Assembly: GCA_964658305.1 (NCBI GenBank)
Contig: OZ210884.1
Span: 3,844,001 to 3,908,000, forward strand
Direction: 5' to 3'
Source: Leptogorgia sarmentosa
Taxonomy: Eukaryota
Length of the DNA: 64,000 nt
The notes beneath the pieces were generated by a model. That model ran no database searches. It was not told the DNA's origin and saw nothing but the letters and a program-made list of their open reading frames with translations. Positions 53,383 through 64,000 of this stretch are shown piece after piece. The position numbers and the translations under genes were made by a program. Numbering within the stretch: the first letter of the stretch is position 1; every line of letters begins with the position of its first letter.

Positions 53383-54052
53383 ATGAATTTTAAAGCATAA
53401 TATATAATGATGTGCCATTTTCTTTTGCATTCATGGCTCCAGGATGTGATGTTCCATTTTTTATTTTTCCTTTTTAGTCTTTTGTCGAGGTGCCTCTTAA
53501 CACTAAGAACTGATCTACACTGACCATCATCATGACCAGCAATTGACCGTTTTTTATTAACTTTTTGCATTGGGTCTCGAATTAAACATATATGGGACCA
53601 AGTTGATGTGGGACAGTAAAATATAACAATCATTAATAGTATGTGCGAAGTATATATAGGAGTGATCATATACGTAAAGAACTTCGATTAATATTATGCT
53701 TTATAAAAGTACATTAAAGAGCAGTAGTTTGGGTGTAGCCTTTCTTGTTTTTGGTTAAAAATATAATTCTTGGAAATGGTGTTAGCGGTGCATGTGGTTA
53801 TATGAAGCCAAGAAAAGTATAATTACTATAATTATGCTGGATAAGACTCAACTTTTTATTTTCTTTGTATATGACATGAGTCTTACATTACAGAAAGAGA
53901 TTTCTCTTAAAAATCGTATAATGAGATTTTTACTACAATAAGGTGAATAAATAAAATTTTTTTCTTGGTCATTAAAACCGTGTGCGTTTATTGTTGACGA
54001 AATAGCAATATGGCGCCAACGCAACTAAAGCAATTTTTGAAAAATTTAATTG

Positions 54053-54717
54053 TCATGCATGTTGTGACAGTAGTAGAACTCGTGTCAAGTGCAAAAGTTG
54101 TCGTTCGCCCAAACTAAAGTTCGAATCACTTGAATTAAGTTCATTCTCGAGTTTTCTAGGCAGATTTGAAATAGCAGATGTCATTTTAGTCTGAGCGAGT
54201 GCCTGCCATATTTCGCTATCTTTGCGTTCTCCCAAAGGATCAAGATTGACTCTGATTGTACCGTTCATCAAGATTGGAGCCTGGGAGATAACGGAAATTA
54301 CTTGTCGTGAAGATGCCACATTGATCTCTCTTATATTCAAACCATCCACGAATATATCTCCTTCAGTAAGGGCGAGTCTCGTCAACGCCGTCACCAATGA
54401 TGACTTGCCAGCTCCCGTACGTCCCACAATTCCAATTTTTTCTCCTGGTTTCACTTTGAATGAAACATTGTGCAGCACTTTAGGGCCATCTGGGTAATAC
54501 CGCATTGACACACCTTGGAATTCGATTCCGCCGGCGTTTGGCCATTCCTTAGGGAGGTACTCTGGAAGAGATTGCCCAGGCTCTGGTGTGATATTGGTGT
54601 AAGCTAGAGCACGTTCTGCCGACGTCATATAAGTATTAAAATCTGCACTATATCGGATCGCTAAATTTATTGATTCTGTGATGCTTACGACGTAAACGAT
54701 GGTGATTGGAGCAAGTG
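54053..54717 (-). pseudogene. ABCC/MRP4-like transporter fragment (end of TMD2 and NBD2), truncated before Walker B
   Basis: MTSAER, WP..G.I.F, GIVGRTGAGKSS, Q-loop ISQAP, FSLGERQL, then an abrupt stop. Splice acceptor at 54718-54719. No other exons recognised in the window. Confidence 0.8.
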
Positions 54718-55376
54718 CTGAAACGAAAACATAGCAGAAACTGGTAATGCAAGTGTCAACATGCCGTAAGTATTATAAAAGAACTTCAATATATGGCCAA
54801 TGTAGGTAGCGGAGAACAATAGGGAGTTTAAGCTTCGCGTATTCCACGAAACTTCAAACACGAGGATCCCGTTTATCGTTCATATTTGACGTTTCTGGAA
54901 CGGTGCATTAAGCTTCGGATTTCTCCTTGTTTCCCTTCAGGAATTAAACAACACAATTATACTCGACAAAATAACACCTAAATTAGAGTCTTAATATCAT
55001 TGTAGTCAATTTCCTGGGCCTTGATTGGCTAAAAAGCTTCAACAACTGTGCGAATTAAACATTAATTACACAGACGAGAATTTTCTGTATGTCACGTATC
55101 TCGCGCTCAAAACTTAAATTCGTCGATATACAAATTTCAAATTTTGAGGTTTCTCAATCGACAGACTCACTTAAAAAGCTTGATGGATTCATAATTAATG
55201 ATATAAAACGACAATAGAGAGATTTTGGAGGGTACGCCAAAGAGAAAATTACATTTGAAATTTTGCATTTATTGTTGAAATCAAGGCTTCATTTATATTG
55301 CGCTGGTTATACAAACATTGATGCTCATAATTTTTATATTTCTTTGAGTTTCTCAATACCCAGACATAATACCCAG

Positions 55377-55773
55377 GCGAACCGTGTAATGTTCTGTTTA
55401 TTATATGGACTTATTCAAAGTGACACAAATACACAACAACTACTCTTTTAATGAAAACATGCAGTCTAAAACACGACAATTAATGGCTTTAAAATTAGCC
55501 TTTACTAAATATAGATTATAAAATACCGCTTTATTGTAGTTTATTGTAGTATTGTAGCTTTATTGTTCTTCACAAAACGTACTAATATCGTCTTGGCTTA
55601 AATTCACAAACCTTGAAGTAGAAGCCATTTGTAAACAGCGAAAAAGGCGGGAAGGTTATGTCACTCCTAAGCGTGACATACGGAAAATACGCGCACCGTA
55701 TCCCGGATGTAGTGGCGTATGAGTTCTACGAGTGTTTTAGTTCCCAATAAAATACCGCTGTCCATATAATAAA
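55377..55773 (+). mobile_element. Partial copy of the 61089-61620 non-autonomous element
   Basis: Near-identical to 61225-61620 (GCGAACCGTGTAATGTTCTG...GTCCATATAATAAA). Confidence 0.85.
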
Positions 55774-56716
55774 AAAAATTATATATCCTCTTAATTTTTC
55801 AAATACCACACTTCGATACATTATAAAAACAAATAAATAAACGCTTATCAACGCTATGATTCTTGTTTTTTTTGTCATTTATTGTCAACTTTGCACAAAA
55901 AGGATTAGTGAACGTGTACTACAATGATATTAATACGAAATTACACTTGTTCTCGAAGTATTAATGAAAAATTGCACTTGTGTTTGGCGAAATACCGCGA
56001 GTGCGAACCGTGTAATTTCCTTATACTAATTCAATCTATTAGACTGATTTATTATTCAAACCGTTGAAGGATTGAAATTTTCAATCTTTTGAATTAAGAG
56101 AGTACTGCATATAGATTGGAGACTTTGAATATGTTATATGTATTGAGATATTTTTTTCTCTGCACTCATGAGATTAATTAATAACATTGATTAGAATGAG
56201 CGCACGTATCGAGGGAGTAAGGAAAGGAGTAAGGAAAGGAAAGGAAGTTATCACTCATCTAAATGTAAGTAATTAGTATTCCCTCATTCTCACATATTGA
56301 AGCTTGTATTCGTTTCTAGCATGTATATATCGCTTGTACTGCATTCTATACACACAGACAACGGGTATTTAGATAGAGATTATTACGCTGAATCGAATGG
56401 TGGTATTTGTTTTCTTATTCGGCAAATAAAACCGGAGATATGACCAAGCATAGTTTCCCGACCTCAAGGTCTGGAAATAATATGGGTACGTCGGTAAGTT
56501 AAGTAGTTATTATATGTATATAAATAAACCTAAAATAAACTACGCCTTCCGTGGTTTTGTTATAGGAATATATTGAAAAGCTTCAACAACTGTGCGAATT
56601 AAACATTAATTACACAGGGGCAGGTTGTACGAAGCCCGTTTAACCTAAACGGCGGATAAGCTGAAAAATAAAAACAAGTCTATTAATTCATTGAACAACA
56701 AAACTGAAAGTTTTCA

Positions 56717-57080
56717 ACATTCATCGGTGTTCCCTTTGTCAATCTGGTTGGTGTTCTTCCATTTTTGGTGGTCAGTATTGGTATAGATGATGTGTTTATT
56801 ATTCTACACGAGCTGAATGATATGGTCCGACAAAATATCCCAGCAATGTATATGCTCAGTGGTACAATGGCAAGAAGTGGTCCAACAATAACCATGACGA
56901 CTCTCACTGACCTCGCAGCATTTGCCGTTAGCTGTCGTTCCATCTTTCCAGCAATTCGCTTCTTCTGCACGTACGCTGCAGTAACAATTTGTTCTGCTTT
57001 CTTTATGCTGGTGACATTTTTTGTTGGTTGCATGTGGTTCGATATCAAACGAGTAAATGCTCAACGCAGAGATTTTCTAA
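56717..57080 (+). pseudogene. Patched-domain (PTCHD3/NPC1-like) sterol-sensing domain fragment
   Basis: PFLVVSIGIDDVFII...GPTITMTTLTD.AAFAV...FPAIRFFC.YAA...D.KR; in-frame stop just upstream (56705), homology lost after ~57080, no neighbouring exons seen. Confidence 0.8.
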
Positions 57081-58130
57081 ATAAATTCAAGCGATTGAAA
57101 ATTCATTCTACTTATCTCTTTGGAATTTTTTTTACGGACCAAAGTTTTTCTATTGAAAATCAATTCTGTGGGCGATTGAAAGAAAAATCAATCTAAAAGA
57201 GTGTCTTTTCAATCAAATTTAAATAATTTTCGATTTAAAGAAGCTTACTCTTGGCCTGCAATTGCCGCACACGCGAAGTTTGAGCAATATGATTAGCTTA
57301 GAATTTTAATTCTTAACAAAGATTGAGAGATTATACTCTCTCCGTCTACTATATAAAGGCGAGAGTATGATATATTCAGCAATTTTTCTCGGGAGACTGA
57401 TTTGAAAAGGTTGTGGATTTATGATATCAATTACATACTCTCGATCTATGTCGTATGAACCAGCTATGCAATGGGTGAGTGCATGGTGTAGAAAATAGTA
57501 TAAATTGGTAAACTATATAGAGTGTATTTGGGCTAATTGAATTCAGCTCAATTTGCTCATAAAATTTTCTCAATCTCGAATTATATATAGTCAAGATATC
57601 GATGGGAAAATTATATGAGGACTACCTAAATATCTTGGTTTCGTCTGTTTCGTTATAATAATTTACGCAGTTTACAGAAGTTAGAAGTTATAGAAGTGAG
57701 TAATGGTTGTAAACAGAGTGTTCTGAATAACAAGACGGTATTGGGATGTCACCATGCAAGAATCTAGACCTTATTTTCCTTTTTCTCCAATGTTTATTTA
57801 CTCTTGGTACCAAATAATTTTCATATTCTTTTCATTTAGTGTGACCATTGCTAGGAATGATGAGCGGAATAACGAATGGTAAAAGCAATGGTATTTACAA
57901 GATTAGCAAGCCTAGGTGAGTCATATAGATGAGGTGAATATGGGAGATATCTTCCCTATTATCGTTTACCATTGAAAAACTGCTTTGGAATGTCTCAATT
58001 TTGTTGAACATGCGTTTCTTGTTTGGTATTTTGGGCAATAGTGCATGCAGTTTATGAGTTGGATCTTGGTTGATATAACATGTTCAAATGATTTAAAAGC
58101 GCCAAATCAATATAATCTCCTGCGTTTAAG

Positions 58131-58281
58131 CAGTGGCGAAGCCAGCCCGACTTTTGGTCATGCAAATGCAAATTTAAATCATTATGTTATTCATTTCTTT
58201 AGAAATTGATTCCTTATACGGTCTATAAACACAGAAAAATTTGCATTTGCATGACCAAAAGTCGGGCTGGCTTCGCCACTG
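58131..58281. mobile_element. 151-bp hAT-type MITE, perfect 8-bp TSD
   Basis: 45-bp perfect TIRs starting CAGTGGCGAAGCCAG; TSD CGTTTAAG at 58123-58130 and 58282-58289. Confidence 0.95.
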
Positions 58282-59169
58282 CGTTTAAGTAACATTTTAG
58301 TGTTCAGTTGTGTAATGCGAAGTCACCACTTGTTATTTTGACGTCCCAAATAATTCGAGTGTTCAGAAAGGCGTTTATATTGCGACCGAAATCTGGAAAA
58401 CCGTATCGCTCGCCGATTTTCAATATAGAAATAGAGGAGGAACAGCATTTGATTCTCGAGTTCTCGAGTCACTGATAAGTCTATAATTATTAATTTTTAT
58501 ATATCTATATATTAAAATCACTTTTATATTTCAAAAATGACAAATTTTCCTATGTGTCAAAAATAAAAGCTTCAACCAACAAAAATGTAGGACCCAAACT
58601 TATTTTGCAATAAAAATAGGTATTTTTGTTTATCTTAAACTTTTCATTGTAGCTTTAACCGTCATTTAAACCATGAATAAATCGACGTATTTCGAATGGT
58701 GTTATTTTTAGCTTCTTGCTTTTCGTGGAAAATTGGAGGTCTCCGAATGACCAGTGTTTTTATCAATTTTTCGACCTTATAGACTCAGCAATTCCCCGAT
58801 GGAGGGGCTAGGTCCCCCGACGAGGGGGCTATTAAATAAAACCTACATGATAAGGCACAGCGGAACGAAAATTAATATAGGGAGAGGGAGAGAGCTCAGT
58901 GGGATAAATTTTGAGAGTCAAATTTTGAGAATTTGAGATCTGTAGATCGTCGCAAATGCCATTGTCGAGGTCTCATATACTTTGGAATATTTTGCTGAAA
59001 TAACGATTAATCAAATAATTATCCGGCGGCGAATGGTATCCCGCCCCTCCCCTAACGTTTCCGATTCAGGCAAACGATTTTCTTTTCAGTTTCTTTGTAA
59101 AACAGTGGGGGGACTACAGCACGCTAGTCCCCTCTCTCCCTGGGCCAGATGATACATTAACTGTTATTA

Positions 59170-59760
59170 ATAGAATCATACTCGTATACTATTGCAAATG
59201 CTGCAATTTCATTGGCTACTCTACTCGCTATCTACTTAACAATTAGATTACGAGTTCGAGATTTCTATGAGGTGATAGTTGATGAGGGCGAAGCCCGAAT
59301 CATCTATCATCTCGTAGAAATCGAGAGCGAGTAATCTAATTGTTTTAGTAGACTTAGAGATCAAACATGAAAATATTGCAAAAAATAATTTAAAACTGCG
59401 TCTCAGAAGACATTTTCTTGAACGAAAATTCACATATTTTGCTACTCGCTATCTATCGAGGAATAGATAGCGAGTAGAGTAGCCAATCAAATTGCAGCAT
59501 TTGCAATAGTATACGAGTATGATTCTACTAATCCTTGATAGATAGCGAGTAGCAAAATACGTGAATTTTGGTTCAAGAAAATGTCTTCCGAGACGCGGTT
59601 TTAAATTATTTTTTGCAATATTTTCATGTTTGATCTCTAATTCTACTAAAACAATTAGATTACTCGCTCTCGATTTCTACGAGATGATAGTTGATTCGGG
59701 CTTCGCCCTCATCAACTATCACCTCATAGAAATCTCGAGCTCGTAATCTAATTGTTAAAT
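59170..59760. mobile_element. Two copies of one ~295-bp non-autonomous element, one nested in the other in opposite orientation
   Basis: 59170-59234 is the reverse complement of 59466-59528, and 59236-59458 of 59537-59758; GGGCGAAGCCC hairpins. Confidence 0.85.
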
Positions 59761-61088
59761 AGTGTATGGTGGTTATAAGTGTGTGGGAACCACAGCCCGC
59801 GAACGTCATGCACTGCCACTGGGGTTGGCGCTGAGCCTGAGCGAGAAACGTTTAGGAATTTGGAATCTCTAGATGGTCGGAAATGGCATCTCGGGTGTCT
59901 TCCATATACCTCTTTCAGGGAGAATGAACATTGCACCAAGATTATGTTTTCATGATCATAATTTCTTGACGAAATTCCCTGACGGGGGGTGGCTGGGGGT
60001 GGCTAAGCTCCCAGACAGGGGACTGTACGAGCCCTTCCCTAGCCCCTCCTTGGCGCCACCCATGTCTCTGGCGTCTTGATGTCTTTGTTTTATCTCATGC
60101 TTTCAATAAGTCTGAAATCTATTGGGACGTCCTTGTTTATAGTCGGGGTTTTTTATTTTTTCGCTAGCTAATTTTTGATTTGTTTGTTTTGCGAATATTA
60201 ATTTCCATTATCGTGCGATTTATTTAAATTATTTTAATGGTATAACAACCATTTAGAGGCAAGATTTATCTGATTTAAAATTTGCATAAAAATAAAAAAA
60301 GGACTGGGTATACTTAACAAAGATTCAAGCACGACTTCAATGCCCCTTGAATGATATCATTCCCCGAAAATACCATTCCTGTTATTCTCAGTTGAATGAT
60401 CGGAAAAATTTACCAATAAAAAACTCTAAATAAAGAGATTATACGAGTACGCGCGCTTACTAAGTAAGTAAATCCCAAAGAAAGTGATCCCGCAAAAAAA
60501 TTCTGCAGGCGGAATTAGTTCCTCGGTGCCACCGGAAGGCAACGGGCAAGGAACTGGTTAGTTAATCCCAAGTATATGGTCAACACTAGTACAAAAATCT
60601 GTTCGTGTCATTAGTTCGTAATCCGATGTTAAGTGTACTAAACAAAAATCATAAATGTCAATGAGAATTAAACGCGAAATACCTAGCAGCTGTCTGTACT
60701 TGACTATGGTTGAGATAAATTGATCTCTCGCCAGTCTCCCGCCCGATTTATGTATTGTAGAATCCTGATTCGTGTCCAGGGCGATGTCTGATTTCTGGTG
60801 AACCGCAATTTTTCTTAGTCACAGGGGAGGGGGGGGATGAAATAGCAAGTTTCGTGAAATCGTGTTTGTCGTGCGCTTTTCGTACGTATGCAAATACATT
60901 GTTTATTCGTTTCGTGTATGGTCAAGTGCGGAGGTCATGCAATCAGTTCATACAGAATTTCATATAGTATAACTTATAGTCAATAAGGGAGTAATTCAGA
61001 TAAAACGAGGGTTAACCGACTTACAATGTGTGACTTAGTCTAATTTTAAGTTTTTTAACACCCGAAATCATGCCTTTGTTCGAGTCGT

Positions 61089-61620
61089 TATATATAGGAT
61101 ATTACACGGTTGCGAGAAGATATGGATTTTATGTTCGAGTGGCAAGGACAATATCTCACTCGTTCGCTGCCCTCACTCGTGAGATATTGTTCTTGCCACT
61201 CGAACATAAAATCCATATCTTCGAGCGAACCGTGTAATGTTCTGTTTATTATATGGACTTATTCAGAGTGACACAAATACACAACAACTACCCTTTTAAT
61301 CAAAACATGCAGTCTAAAACACGACAATTAATGGCTTTAAAATTAGCCTTTAGTAAATATAGATTATAAAATACCGCTTTATTGTAGTTTATTGTAGTAT
61401 TCTAGCTTTATTGTTCGTCGCAAAACGTACTAATATCGTCTTCGCTTAACTTCACAAACCTTGAAGTAGAAGCCATTTGTAAGCAGCGAAAAAGGCGGGA
61501 AGGTTATGTCACCCCTAAGCGTGACATACGGAAAATACGCGCACCGTATCCCGGATGTAGTGGCGTATGAGTTCTACAAGTGTTTTAGTTCCCAATAAAA
61601 TACCGCTGTCCATATAATAA
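61089..61620 (+). mobile_element. Non-autonomous element with 5' hairpin and TATAT-type ends
   Basis: Palindrome 61100-61240 (AAGATATGGATTTTATGTTCGAGTGGCAAG / CTTGCCACTCGAACATAAAATCCATATCTT); second copy at 55377. Confidence 0.8.
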
Positions 61621-61728
61621 AGTAGGCTATTACATGAACTCTTATCAACACTTACTGCAAGAGATAATATGTATATAAAATGCCTATAAATAATGGCTTA
61701 GTTGATCTAGTTCAAGGTGTGAAATACC

Positions 61729-61858
61729 CAGGGGCGGATCAAGCACGCGCGGGGCCACTGGCACAAACATTGGTTGGGCCCTTGGCTGATAACTCCCAAA
61801 ACAGCGGGGGCCGCAAACCCTGGCACCTGCCCATAGTGCCCCCCTTGATTCGCCGCTG
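61729..61858. mobile_element. hAT-type MITE
   Basis: CAGGGGCGGATCAAG / CTTGATTCGCCGCTG; flanks GAAATACC and GAAATTCC (7/8 TSD). Confidence 0.75.
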
Positions 61859-62836
61859 GAAATTCCATACATAACTTTGCCTTAGTTTGTTTGTTTGCTG
61901 ATGTTTCATGTTTTTTATTTGCCTGCGTGGCGGGCGGTCGAGAAACGGGCAAGGCGGTAAAGTGCCAAAGCCTGAAGTAAGTATGGTATGAGCATGTTTT
62001 CTTTTGGTTTGAACTTTTGGTTTCATTCGAACCGCAAATGCAATATAAGTTGATACCATTGACGTATAGTACCCATAGCAGAACAGAAAAATTTTGAACT
62101 ACCGGTGATGGTAGTTTTTAACCTATTCAGATTGTTCGAATCCGTGCATGATTTCAAAATGAATATAATAAAGAGAATATCATACCATAGTGTTCGTGTA
62201 CTTCGCCTGTACTTAGGGCTTGGTCTGTACGATAAATACCTCGATTCGTTATTTCTCTGTATATAGGCAGAGCTAGCGAGGTTAATAAAAACTTCATTAT
62301 AAATTATTATGGCAACAGGCATTTTAGTTTGAACTTGTTTTCTTGTTCTTAATGTCATAATAATAGTGCTTAATATACAATACGGAGAAATTCTGAAGCG
62401 CGCTAAAATATGATACAATTTTTTAAAAGGGGATATCCTTTCCCGCGCGCAATACAATAAAGTATACAAAAATTGCCAAATTTGCTTAGGCCATATTTTC
62501 CTCAATTTACAATTATTCGAACAAAACTTTCAATTGTAATTTTACTAAAATTTAGCATGATCTTTCAAGCCGTTTATGAAAAAATTCCTTTAAAATTTTA
62601 GTTATAACTTACAACGTTAAAGTTCAATTCATATTGTTCTGTATTGTTTCAACAATGAGGAAATGATTGCAAAAATAATATTTTTGAAATTATACATATT
62701 ATCTGTTTTTAACCTGGTTTTTATACGTAAATTTGGTGCAAACAAATGAAATATTCACATCAAACATAGAGTCGTTTGTAGCCTTGGAGCAATAACCTTA
62801 ACTTCTAGATTTGAATCCTTAGTGTACGCCCTTAAT

Positions 62837-63259
62837 AGGGCCTATTTTAGTGTGCAGTATTGTACTCTTTGTGCAGTATTGAATAATAAGTATGCAGTAT
62901 TGAATGCAAAAGAGCGCAGTATTGAAATTTGAGATTAAAAGTTTCAACTTTAGCTATATCAGATGTCCTGTGAGAACAATTAATGCACACGAAAAATTAA
63001 GTTCTGATATCTAAAATGACTTTGCAAAAAATTTATTTGGTAAAGTCACATGAAAGTTTGGCGAAATATTAGCCAGAGCAAGTTTCCAGTAAATCCAATA
63101 TTAAACCTCCAGAAGATCGCAGTGCTTTGTGCAAATCGCGCCTTTATAAATTTACATTTATATAACTTAAACGTTAAAACATGCTATCACAAGATATCAT
63201 CGCTATTGATATTTGGTCGGAAGTGTGCAGTATAGAAATTTCCTTATAGAATAGGCCCT
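62837..63259. mobile_element. Possible MITE
   Basis: AGGGCCTATT / AATAGGCCCT termini; internal TGCAGTATTG repeats. Confidence 0.5.
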
Positions 63260-64000
63260 TGCATGGTTCGTCTTTGTTTTCGCCTTTTCGAAAGTCTTTA
63301 GTGCTCGCCCTCATTACAGCCTGCCATATTTTTGAGATCGTGATGACCACCATTAACCATACACTTGAGCCAAGAAGGCGGCGAAATAACGCTACGCTTT
63401 GCTTTTCTTCACCTGCATGAATGGTGCAAATAGCCGTGCGGAATTAGTACCGCTCGCACCTTGGCTCGGGAAAGATATGTTATTTCCATTCACAACTTCA
63501 ACAGCAGAAAATCACACATCTACATTTTTACAATTTGCCTAAATAGCAATAGACCCACTTGAGTCGTCTACGATGATTTTGTAACATGGAAATGTTTTTA
63601 CACAAACACAAACTTTTCATTTCTAATTTGTAGCATCGGACGAAATGACGATGTTGATGTCCAACACATTTCCATTGAAAAACCAGATCCATGTTGTGGA
63701 GCTGGATTCTTGCGTCTCTGGGCATGGTTACAGAAGATATTTTTTCTTTTGCTGGAGAAAATTTTTGAAAAATCTGCCATGTTCATTTCAAGGCGCCCAT
63801 TTCTTGTGATATTCTTTTGCCTATTCCTTGTGATTACTCTGACGTGTGGTTTTTCCAAATTGAAGGTCGAAAGTAATGTAAAATACTTGTTTTTGCCCGA
63901 AGACAGCCAAGCATCACAGGATTTACAAAAGGCAAGACGTCTTGGCTTTGAATTTGAATTTCGACAAGAAGAGGTCATCTTTTTGGCTAAACATAATGCG

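Noticed and set aside
62023..62505. 160-aa minus-strand ORF
   Set aside because: Non-ATG start, AT-rich composition, no recognisable motif.

Overview
Eukaryotic, AT-rich, intron-containing and transposon-rich DNA. The gene families and repeat types suggest a cnidarian, probably an octocoral (inference). There are no prokaryotic systems and no CRISPR array. (1) 1-2880 is the right end of a CACTA/EnSpm-type transposon with repeat arrays and a spliced accessory ORF. (2) A minus-strand RING/TRAF-zinc-finger/Kelch E3-ligase-like gene (7993-4178) is interrupted by an antisense LINE insertion. The insertion is bounded by an AGGT duplication that gives it exact in-frame GT...AG ends, so it is a candidate transposon-born intron. 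(3) A divergent 3-exon gene encodes two MYND fingers plus a DUF4470-like domain (9090-12223). (4) A ~36-kb plus-strand receptor tyrosine kinase gene (17280-~53400, ~2,900 aa if fully spliced) has the layout signal peptide, ~41 EGF, 3 Ig, FN3, SEA, EGF, Ig, SEA, FN3, TM, kinase. Its EGF exons are symmetric phase-1 cassettes amplified as a 2,216-bp, 8-exon higher-order repeat, and its kinase has NFG instead of DFG. (5) The first intron of that gene holds a ~9.3-kb foldback-like structure: two related satellites in opposite orientation, a palindromic junction and outer 25-bp inverted repeats. It is invaded by a Helentron-type element and two TIR elements carrying tRNA-like Pol III cassettes. (6) The rest has orphan ABCC and Patched-domain fragments and many MITEs. 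All exon structures were inferred by eye from splice signals and reading frame, with no expression data.
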